In this document: positions 36,201 through 48,200 of the stretch, one piece after another
Position numbering within the stretch: the first letter of the stretch is position 1
How the letters are laid out: every line of letters starts with the position of its first letter
NCBI GenBank assembly: GCA_965202585.1
Contig: OZ241829.1
Span: forward strand, 33,232,001 to 33,296,000
From: Thalia democratica
Lineage: Eukaryota
DNA length: 64,000 nucleotides
Direction of reading: 5' to 3'
Notes under the pieces: generated by a model
What the model was told of the DNA's origin: nothing
Databases searched by the model: none
The model's input: the letters and a program-made list of their open reading frames with translations, nothing else
Position numbers and translations under genes: made by a program

Positions 36201-39200
36201 ATACACGCTCTCTCGAATCTCACGCTCGTTTATTAAGACTTTTTATACGTTTTTCATTATATCAAATTAACAAAAAAGTTTTAGATGCGCAAAGCAGTAT
36301 GTTTGACTTTTTAAAAGTTACGCTACAATTTTTTAGTTTGCATATTAATGAAAGCAAAACGAAACTTTTTAGTCTGTGATAACCCCCCATTCTTGGGAAA
36401 TGGATTTTACAATGTAACAAAATACACACTGTTTGCAACTGGAACTACTAAAGAAAGAGCTATTGAGTATTACTGTTTCAAGGGTTACTACTTCAGTGAC
36501 GAGTTTGCGGATGCGAATTATACCTGCAATCTGGGTGCGAAATGGAATCCTAAAAAGCCGCCGACTTGCATCAAAGGTTGTCAATTTTGTCTTTTGCATT
36601 TCGATTTGTAGTTTTTGTATGCTTAAAAAGTATACACTCAAAACTATTTGAAAAATTTATGCCATTATAATTAAGTTTTTTAGGTGTTAGAGTTACTAGT
36701 TTTAGTTATTTATCAAACAAATAACTTAAAGCTGCATACCGTACTTCGGTTTAAAAAGTTTTAAAGTAAATTGGGCGTCAAGTTTACCTTTAAACCTACT
36801 TCTGTATTGTAACATAAAGTATTTAATTTCGAAAAGTGTTTTTTTGTTGTTCTAGATACTCTTTACTAAAGGGTGAAGCAATTTTAAGTAAAAGCTTGGA
36901 CTCAATTACACAACTGGACTTTTTGTTTTGTTATTCAAGACTTTATATTTTGCATAAAGTAAAACCAACAAAACAGGACGTTTAGCTTTAAAATTCTAAA
37001 CTATTTTACTGTTTTACTATTCTTAAAAATACCAATACTTACTATTTATACATAAATTGTTATACTATAAAAATTCAACTAAGCTTTTATTTTAAACTCA
37101 CTTTATTGATAAGTTTTAATAATTTATTTTTAAAGTACATAACTTTTTTTATGCAGTGATTAACAAGAAAACCAAAAAAAAAAGACAAATAACGATTGAC
37201 ATTGCAGAAGGATTATTCAATAAATCTGTTATATTATTATTAAAATTAAAGATATTATTTAACACAGAGTGTGACGCGGTTCCTCAATTCAACAATTCCG
37301 GTTTGCATGCAACTGAAAATGTAAGCAGGGTTGACTCGGGAGGGAAAGAAGTGCTTGTGAACGGCACCCGCCTTACTTTCAAGTGCGAGAATCATTACGT
37401 CACAGACATCAATGTTGTCGAGTGTGACGTAGACGGCAAGTGGGCTCCAAAAGTTCATTGCTATCCAAGTTAGTGTCTTGTGTATGAAATAGATACGAGC
37501 AAACTGACTGTTTTTATTTTACTTGGCCGCGCATTTAAATTCTAAAAACTTTACTAAGCTTGCGAGAGAGTCAAAAGTACAATTTTTGATCTAGAGTTTT
37601 ACGAAAGCTGTATTTAAACCCATGTTTGTTACTTATTTTAACAGTTATTAAAATCTAAAACTAAGTGATGACAAACTGCAGATTGTGGAAAGTCGAGGGA
37701 CGTTTCAAACGCGCTTAAAAACGTGGAAAAACTGAAGATCAACGACTCTTTGACAATCGAACGATCAGCTTCGTTCGATTGTGAGAATGATCATTTCCTG
37801 ATACCTGAAGGTGCTAATACGATTTCCCGTTGCTTGATTGGAGGTACCTGGAACGAATCTAGTTTCCACTGCTTAAGAAGTGAGTTATCAAAAGCTACTT
37901 TAAGTTTGTTTTAGGTTATTAAACTGAAATTTTGAAGAAAAAGTTAGTAAAAAACATTAGTATTTTGACACTTATTGTTTTTAAATAATCTTTTATGCAT
38001 CATCCTGAACGAATTCACTGCTCAAGGAGTGAGCGGTTCAGTAAAAAAAATATTTTATTGCTATTGTGTTTGAGCCATAGAAGATTAACTTAGTATAAAA
38101 GTTTATTCTAGCTTAGTTTTTTGTTTTCATCACAAAAATTCTTTCTTGCTACAAACAAGTTTAGATACGGATAATAATTTAACTTTAAATATAATGGAAA
38201 AAAACTAGAGTCAAACTTTATTTACTATATACAGTAAAACTTTTGGAACCCTGTAGAAGTAAAGAAACATTTTATATACCGATCAAATTATCACATATAA
38301 TAGTTTTATATGACTCCTTAGTATACTAATGCATGCTGTTAACTATCATAAGCAGTTTATATATATAAATTTAAATTTGGTGGTGCACGACTCGATAACC
38401 GAAAGGTTCCTTTGTACACCAGGTCCTTAGATCAAACTTTATGAGCGCTTTTTACTTTTCTATCGTTCAATAAACATTATTTACTTGTATTTTATTTTTA
38501 CAGTTTTTGTTTTTTATAACACAAATTTTTTTATGCAACAGTTTAGTTCAGAAATATTCTGAAATAAATAATAAGTTCATTTAATATCAAAATAAGTTAA
38601 AATGAGGTAAAAGTGTTGAACGATTTTTTGAAACCAATCAAACCATAACGTACAGTGAATTTTTATGAATTGAAAGTTTTTTATGCTGTCATTCAAAATT
38701 ATTCAACTTTTATATTTTTTGCTTTCAGAATGCCCGAATTTTGATAAAACCGAGGGTCGAAGTTTCGATCTAACAAAGCTTATTGCAACTGAAAGGGAGG
38801 GATTTTTCGCCGGTGACGTAGTAAAGTTCAGCTGCGAAAATTACTACGTCATCAGTGATGCGCGAAAATCAACCGCAGAATGCTCAGACGACGGAAATTG
38901 GAACGTGACTTTTCCCCTTTGTTACAAAAGAAAGTTTTTGTTTTATCAGTAAAAACTGAACCTGCGTTTTTTTTATTATGTTAAAATTCTGTTTAACAAA
39001 AACAGTTATGGACATTTTTCTACTTATAAAACTAATCTTCAACTCGATTAATTCTTAATATTCAAAACTGTTAAAGAGACTACTATGTAAAAAAGTCGCT
39101 TAATTTAAATTGTAATATAGATTGCGGCACCCCTGAAACCATCGACGACGGAAGCTTTAACACCACGTACCGGAAGGCGACCGACGCGTCCGGAGGCGAG

Positions 39201-42200
39201 TTCAAAGTTCATCAGCAGGTCAGGTATTCGTGCAATCAGGGTCACGTGATAAAGTCGGATTCCATTTCCACGCTGGATTGCGACTCGACCAGCGGAAATT
39301 TCCAACCTCAGCTGCCTGAGTGCGTCATAAGTAAGTATGATGTTTGAAAAATATTTTCTTTTACTAAGAAGTTCAATAACGTGCTGTAAAAAGAGGTGTG
39401 CTACGCTTCAAACTATATAAAAATATGTGTTTAAAATATCAGAGTGCGTCACAAGTAAGTGCTGAAGAAATAAATAAAATTTTCCCGTTTTTATTTTTAA
39501 CCAATTTAAAAACTGACTAAAAACAAAAGTAATAAGTGTGAAATTAAATAACCTGATTTTCAGTTTTGCAAAAGAAAGAAACATTATGTACGTTACATCG
39601 TATTTATTTTACCATATGACTTAGTGAATTTAATTACTTAATTTTTCAATACAAAAAATAAATAAAAACATGTTTCAAAGTTATTAGTACAAAAATACTT
39701 GTTTAAATCAAGTGTGCACAATTTCACCACTGTTTCAAACAAACAATTTATCAAGACTGCGGAGCACCCCCCGAGTTTGCGAACACAAGCGCCCCGGCAT
39801 CCGGGTCTGTCCATTTGAACGGGAGCGTTGTGAGTTACGCATGCGAGAACGAAGGGTTCGAGATACTGCCTGAAGAAAATTACAAAGTCAGGTGCGTTGA
39901 GAACGGAACTTGGCAAGGAGAAGTCGGAAGATGCTACACAAGTATTTTTTTTATATATTGTTTTATACAAACAAAATAGTGATTAAATTTCAAATGTTTG
40001 TAACATTTATTAGCGTGGAACAATTCTTAGAAAAAAAAAATCACAATTAGAAAAATTATGTTTTCATACAAGGTTTTTTTTATATTGTAGTAACTATCCA
40101 AATTAATACCAAGTGGCAAAAGTTGTAATAATAAACTCCCAAACTCACAAACAGTGACGCGATGCAGCGAAGACGTGATCCCGACGATAGACAACTCGAA
40201 CCACGAAGTCACGGTATGGATTTTCAAAGGCGTTTACCTGCCCCGCACCCTCGTAGAGTACACGTGCAGGTCGGACTACACGATGGTGCCCGACAATTTC
40301 AGGGGCGCCGAGTGCGGTTTACACGGATCTTGGTCGTTCAAGCCAACAGGGGTTGCTGGAAAGTGCGTCAGATGTTAGTTTTCAGTTTGTATGGATGTTT
40401 TCACTAAAAAGCATGATGAGATAATGCCATCAATCCTTTATACTTATAACTAAAAAGAAAGGTAAAATTGAACATGGAAGTTTTACTCAATTTATTATCA
40501 ATATGCCATTAACTCTTTGGACTTATTTAAGTAAAAAAGCATGATAAAGTTTAAGATGTAAGTTTTACTTAACATTTGTTATTAAAAAATTCTCCCCTTA
40601 GATTTATTTAAGTAAAAAACATGGTAAAGGTAAAGGTAAAGTTAAGTTTTTTTTTATCAAAGTTTGACAACGAGTAAAAATATATATAATATGAAGTTTT
40701 CTCCAAGCTGAAATAAACTATAAAAAAGTTTTACTTTGAGTGAAAAAATTGACTTAAACCTAGAAGCAAACTTTTGTTGAAATATAAATTTTCAATTATT
40801 TTTCTACAACTTATACCAGCTTGCGGCAAGTTCCCTGCTATATCAAACGGCAAGAAAACAATTTTGGCAAGCGAAACGGTGAATTCAACAGCAATAATCG
40901 AAACCAAAGTGAAATACGAATGCGAAAGCGGAAGGACTTACACTGAAGAAGTGGCAATTGTGCAGTGCGACCTTGAAACCGGTTTGATTGATGGTAAAGT
41001 GGGAGATTGCGTGAAAGGTAAATTGATAATTTGTATACTGTTTGTTTTTATTGTGACACAAACATTATAAAACCTGCTTGGTTGATGGCAGGGTGGGGAA
41101 GAGTGTTGAAATTGATATTTCATTAAATTTATACATTTTCAGGTGATTGATTGTTAAATTTGAGCCCAGTTTAGAGTTGCTGCATATTATTATTTTGGTA
41201 ATGATTAACGTAAAATAAAACTGCCTTATAATTTAATTTTTCTTCATCACGTCTAGAGGTGAATTGTTTTTTGAAATGTCCAACAGAGTGTCCGCGAGTG
41301 AATACGACTATAAACAACGGAAAAGTGTATACTTTGCAAAAACGACCTGGTTACTTTCTTCCCGGCGACATAGTCACTTTCAAATGCGACAGCGAACACG
41401 CACTTTCAAGCGGTAACGATTCTCTCCTGTGTAGACCAGATGGTAGCTGGAACGGTGAAGACGTTGCACCCAAGTGCTATCCACGTAAGTTGTTTAAATT
41501 AACTATAATAAAATATCAGGTGTTGTGGAAATACGATTTTGCTACTTACAGACATTTAACATAAACTGAAAACAACTATTAATACAAAATTTTATTTTGA
41601 ATAAACATAAGATATTTAACTAGCAAATTACTAAATTCGGTGATAAAGGTGTTTTATGGGCATTATTTTTGCTTTTATTGCCGTTGTTTTTGTTTTCCAT
41701 TACTAATTGTAAGACAACCACTTAATAATAAGTTAATTTTAACTCTTTGTTGTTACTGATAAAAATTGAACTAAATAAAATTCTTTCCAAGCTTAAATAT
41801 TGTATACCTTAAAACACATTTTATAAAACATTGAATTTTTAATTACCTTAGAGTTATGGTCAATTTAGTAGAAAGTTTCAACGAAATACGTGTAAAAGTA
41901 TAAAAAATAGTTTGAAATTTACTTGAAGTTTTAACCTTCGATCATTATAGTTCAATTAATTTAAAATGATCTTCAATCATTAGTATTGTTCTACACGTTC
42001 AAATAACAGTTCAAATAACAAACCACAACTTTTAACTTAGCTTTGAATTAAAAATAAATATATAAAATTTGCTATCTAGATTGTCCAAAAGATTCCTTTA
42101 CTCTTCTAAATGGAAATGCTTCAAAAACTCAACAACATAGCGCTTGGAATCAGACATCTATTTACAAATGTAGTGACAAGTATACACTTGATCCAGCAGA

Positions 42201-45200
42201 TAACAACAAGAGAGATTGTGTTGAGAACGGCTTGTGGGTAGGAGATGTAGGAACTTGTTATCCTGGTGAGAAAATCGATTCTAAAAAATTGTGAAATTTA
42301 ACTGAATAAATCATATATATCAACACTTTTAAATTTATGATAAAACACGTATAAGTAGAAAAAAGATTACATGTTTTGTGAATATACAAAGTTTTATTTA
42401 CAAATAATGCCCATTTTGTGCAATAATGTATTAGAAACAAATCATGTTATGTCCAAAAACCTACATTATTTTCTTTACCATTTAAAAAAAAAATGTTTTC
42501 ACTGTAGACTTTAAATAGTCTGACATTATGATTGTTTTTTATTACGTTAAGATTAGAATGAAAATGTTTGAAAATGATTGTTTAAAACTGTAGGAGAAAT
42601 TGTATGTTTTATTAAAAATCTTTTCACAGATTGCGAATATATGAAAGTGATTAATGCCAAAACATATATAAAAGGCGAAAGTGAAATCATTACTCGTTCT
42701 GTACCTTACAAAACCGAATTGACTTACATTTGCAACAGTGGTTACAGTCCTACCGATGCTCAAGAGGTCAATTGTGGCAATGATGGTAATATTGACATTT
42801 CTGGCGTTAGATGCTACCCAGGTACATTTTAACTTTTTGATTGTTTTGGTATTTTATTAAAACAAGTGTGGAATAGATAAGTATTGCGCTGAAGTATTAC
42901 TATTTTTAGTTATAACTTCTAAATAAGTTAATTTTAACTTTTTATTGTTAGTGGTTAAAATTTAACTAAATTGAATTCTTTCTAAAAAGATCTCCTTCAT
43001 GTTTTTACAACTAAAACTTATTTTGTCCTTAATTTTCAATAACTTTTTTTATATTATTAGAAAATGTACTATGCACTATTTGCAAAACTCTTTCAATTAT
43101 ATATGACATAAGTACAAAATACAAACGATAGTTTATATATTCTTAAGATTAAAGATAATTTAATGGAAATTAAGAAAAAATTACATTACCATTGCTTTTT
43201 ACTAAGTTAGAAATAGACTTATAATATTCAAAAACGTTTTTTTTTAACTTTAGCAGAAGATCTTTTTAAAAAAAGTAACTTTGTTAACCTTTGTCAGTTA
43301 GTTTTACATAATAAAACCTGATGAACTCTGTACTTTGAAACTTTACATCTCAAAAAGTAGTTTGAGATTTACTCGAAGTTTTAACCTTCGATCCTTATGG
43401 TTCAATTAATTTAAAATGATCTTCTATCATTAGTATTGTTTAGATAAAAAAGTACAAATAAAAAACCACAACATTTAACTTCGCTTTGAATTAAAAATAA
43501 ATATATAAAATTTGCTATCTAGATTGTCCAAAAGATTCCTTTACTCTTCCAAATGGAAATGCTTCAAAAACTCAACAACATAGCGCTTGGAATCAGACAT
43601 CTATTTACAAATGTAGTGATAAGTATACACTTGATCCAGCAGATAACAACAAGAGAGATTGTGTTGAGAACGGCTTGTGGGTAGGAGATGTAGGAACTTG
43701 TTATCCTGGTGAGAAAATCGATTCTAAAAAATTGTCAAATTTAACTGAATAAATCATATATATCAACACTTTTAAATTTAAGATAAAACACGTATAAGTA
43801 GAAAAAAGATTACATGTTTTGTGAATATACAAAGTTTTATTTACAAATAATGCCCATTTTGTGCAATAATGTATTAGAAACAAATCATGTTATGTCCAAA
43901 AACCTACATTATTTTCTTTACCATTTAAAAAAAAAATGTTTTCACTGTAGACTTTAAATAGTCTGACATTATGATTGTTTTTTATTACGTTAAGATTAGA
44001 ATGAAAATGTTTGAAAATGATTGTTTAAAACTGTAGGAGAAATTGTATGTTTTATTAAAAATCTTTTCACAGATTGCGAATATATGAAAGTGATTAATGC
44101 CAAAACATATATAAAAGGCGAAAGTGAAATCATTACTCGTTCTGTACCTTACAAAACCGAATTGACTTACATTTGCAACAGTGGTTACAGTCCTACCGAT
44201 GCTCAAGAGGTCAATTGTGGCAATGATGGTAATATTGACATTTCTGGCGTTAGATGCTACCCAGGTACATTTTAACTTTTTGATTGTTTTGGTATTTTAT
44301 TAAAACAAGTGTGGAATAGATAAGTATTTCACTGAAGTATTACTATTTTTAGTTATAACTTTTAAATAAGTTAATTTTAACTTTTTATTGTTAATGGTTA
44401 AAATTTAACTAAATTAAATTCTTTCTAAAAACATCTCTTTCATGTTTTTACAACTAAAACTTACTTTGTCCTTAATTTTCAATAACTTGTTTCATATTTT
44501 TAGGAAATGTAGTATGCACTATTTGCAAAACTCTTTCAATTATATATGACATAAGTACAAAATACAAACTTTTCGTTTATATATTCTTAAGATTAAAGAT
44601 AGTTTCATGGAAAATAAGAAAAAAATACATTACCATTGCTTTTTATTAGGTTAGAAATAGACTTATAATATTCAAAAATGTTTTTTTTTAACTTTAGCAG
44701 AAGATCTATTTAAAAAAAGTGACTTTGTTAACCGTTGTCAGTTAGTTTTACATAATAAAACCTGATGAACTCTATAATTTGAAACTTTACATCTCAAAAA
44801 GTAGTTTGAGATTTACTCGAAGTTTTAACCTTCGATCCTTATGGTTCAATTAATTTAAAATGATCTTCTATCATTAGTATTGTTTAGATAAAAAAGTACA
44901 AATAAAAAACCACAACATTTAACTTCGCTTTGAATTAAAAATAAATATATAAAATTTGCAATCTAGATTGTCCAAAAGATTCCTTTACTCTTCTAAATGG
45001 AAATGCTTCAAAAACTCAACAACATAGCGCTTGGAATCAGACATCTATTTACAAATGTAGTGACAAGTATACACTTGATCCAGCAGATAACAACAAGAGA
45101 GATTGTGTTGAGAACGGCTTGTGGGTAGGAGATGTAGGAACTTGTTATCCTGGTGAGAAAATCGATTCTAAAAAATTGTGAAATTTAACTGAATAAATCA

Positions 45201-48200
45201 TATATATCAACACTTTTAAATTTATGATAAAACACGTATAAGTAGAAAAAAGATTACATGTTTTGTGAATATACAAAGTTTTATTTACAAATAATGCCCA
45301 TTTTGTGCAATAATGTATTAGAAACAAATCATATTATGTCCAAAAACCTACATTATTTTCTTTACCATTTAAAAAAAAAATGTTTTCACTGTAGACTTTA
45401 AATAGTCTGACATTATGATTGTTTTTTATTACGTTAAGATTAGAATGAAAATGTTTGAAAATGATTGTTTAAAACTGTAGGAGAAATTGTATGTTTTATT
45501 AAAAATCTTTTCACAGATTGCGAATATATGAAAGTGATTAATGCCAAAACATATATAAAAGGCGAAAGTGAAATCATTACTCGTTCTGTACCTTACAAAA
45601 CCGAATTGACTTACATTTGCAACAGTGGTTACAGTCCTACCGATGCTCAAGAGGTCAATTGTGGCAATGATGGTAATATTGACATTTCTGGCGTTAGATG
45701 CTACCCAGGTACATTTTAACTTTTTGATTGTTTTGGTATTTTATTAAAACAAGTGTGGAATAGATAAGTATTTCACTGAAGTATTACTATTTTTAGTTAT
45801 AACTTTTAAATAAGTTAATTTTAACTTTTTATTGTTAATGTTTAAAATTTAACTAAATTAAATTCTTTCTAAAAACATCTCCTTCATGTTTTTACAACTA
45901 AAACTTATTTTGTCCTTAATTTTTAATATATTTTTTCATATATTTAGGAAATGTACTATGCACTATTTGCAAAACTCTTTCAATTATATATGACATAAGT
46001 ACAAAATACAAACGTTTCGTTTATATATTCTTAAGATTAAAGATAATTTCATGGAAAATAAGAAAAAAATACATTACCATTGCTTTTTATTAGGTTAGAA
46101 ATAGACTTATAATATTCAAAAACGTTTTTTTTATATTTAGCAGAAGATCTATTTAAAAAAAGTGACTTTGTTAACCGTTGTCAGTTAGTTTTACATAATA
46201 AAACCTGATGAACTCTATAATTTGAAACTTTACATCTCAAAAAGTAGTTTGAGATTTACTCGAAGTTTTAACCTTCGATCCTTATGGTTCAATTAATTTA
46301 AAATGATCTTCTATCATTAGTATTGTTTAGATAAAAAAGTACAAATAAAAAACCACAACATTTAACTTCGCTTTGAATTAAAAATAAATATATAAAATTT
46401 GCAATCTAGATTGTCCAAAAGATTCCTTTACTCTTCTAAATGGAAATGCTTCAAAAACTCAACAACATAGCGCTTGGAATCAGACATCTATTTACAAATG
46501 TAGTGACAAGTATACACTTGATCCAGCAGATAACAACAAGAGAGATTGTGTTGAGAACGGCTTGTGGGTAGGAGATGTAGGAACTTGTTATCCTGGTGAG
46601 AAAATCGATTCTAAAAAATTGTGAAATTTAACTGAATAAATCATATATATCAACACTTTTAAATTTATGATAAAACACGTATAAGTAGAAAAAAGATTAC
46701 ATGTTTTGTGAATATACAAAGTTTTATTTACAAATAATGCCCATTTTGTGCAATAATGTATTAGAAACAAATCATGTTATGTCCAAAAACCTACATTATT
46801 TTCTTTACCATTTAAAAAAAAAATGTTTTCACTGTAGACTTTAAATAGTCTGACATTATGATTGTTTTTTATTACGTTAAGATTAGAATGAAAATGTTTG
46901 AAAATGATTGTTTAAAACTGTAGGAGAAATTGTATGTTTTATTAAAAATCTTTTCACAGATTGCGAATATATGAAAGTGATTAATGCCAAAACATATATA
47001 AAAGGCGAAAGTGAAATCATTACTCGTTCTGTACCTTACAAAACCGAATTGACTTACATTTGCAACAGTGGTTACAGTCCTACCGATGCTCAAGAGGTCA
47101 ATTGTGGCAATGATGGTAATATTGACATTTCTGGCGTTAGATGCTACCCAGGTACATTTTAACTTTTTGATTGTTTTGGTATTTTATTAAAACAAGTGTG
47201 GAATAGATAAGTATTTCACTGAAGTATTACTATTTTTAGTTATAACTTTTAAATAAGTTAATTTTAACTTTTTATTGTTAATGGTTAAAATTTAACTAAA
47301 TTAAATTCTTTCTAAAAAGATCTCCTTCATGTTTTTACAACTAAAACTTATTTTGTCCTTAATTTTTAATATATTTTTTCATATATTTAGGAAATGTACT
47401 ATGCACTATTTGCAAAACTCTTTCAATTATATATGACATAAGTACAAAATACAAACGTTTCGTTTATATATTCTTAAGATTAAAGATAATTTCATGGAAA
47501 ATAAGAAAAAAATACATTACCATTGCTTTTTATTAGGTTAGAAATAGACTTATAATATTCAAAAACGTTTTTTTTATATTTAGCAGAAGATCTATTTAAA
47601 AAAAGTGACTTTGTTAACCGTTGTCAGTTAGTTTTACATAATAAAACCTGATGAACTCTATAATTTGAAACTTTACATCTCAAAAAGTAGTTTGAGATTT
47701 ACTCGAAGTTTTAACCTTCGATCCTTATGGTTCAATTAATTTAAAATGATCTTCTATCATTAGTATTGTTTAAGTACAAATAACAAACCACAACATTTAA
47801 CTTCGCTTTGAATTAAAAATAAATATATAAAATTTGCTATCTAGATTGTCCAAAAGATTCCTTTACTCTTCTAAATGGAAATGCTTCAAAAACTCAACAA
47901 CATAGCGCTTGGAATCAGACATCTATTTACAAATGTAGTGACAAGTATACACTTGATCCAGCAGATAACAACAAGAGAGATTGTGTTGAGAACGGCTTGT
48001 GGGTAGGAGATGTAGGAACTTGTTATCCTGGTGAGAAAATCGATTCTAAAAAATTGTGAAATTTAACTGAATAAATCATATATATCAACACTTTTAAATT
48101 TAAGATAAAACACGTATAAGTAGAAAAAAGATTACATGTTTTGTGAATATACAAAGTTTTATTTACAAATAATGCCCATTTTGTGCAATAATGTATTAGA

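Noticed and set aside
38005-38041. Intronic hairpin CTGAAC..TCACT..AGTGA..GTTCAG
   Set aside because: Short and imperfect, with no SECIS, Helitron-end or miRNA features I can support.
43312-43345. CTGATGA...GAAAC hammerhead-like words in every tandem unit
   Set aside because: The sequence between the motifs cannot form stem II, and there is no stem III or UH site.
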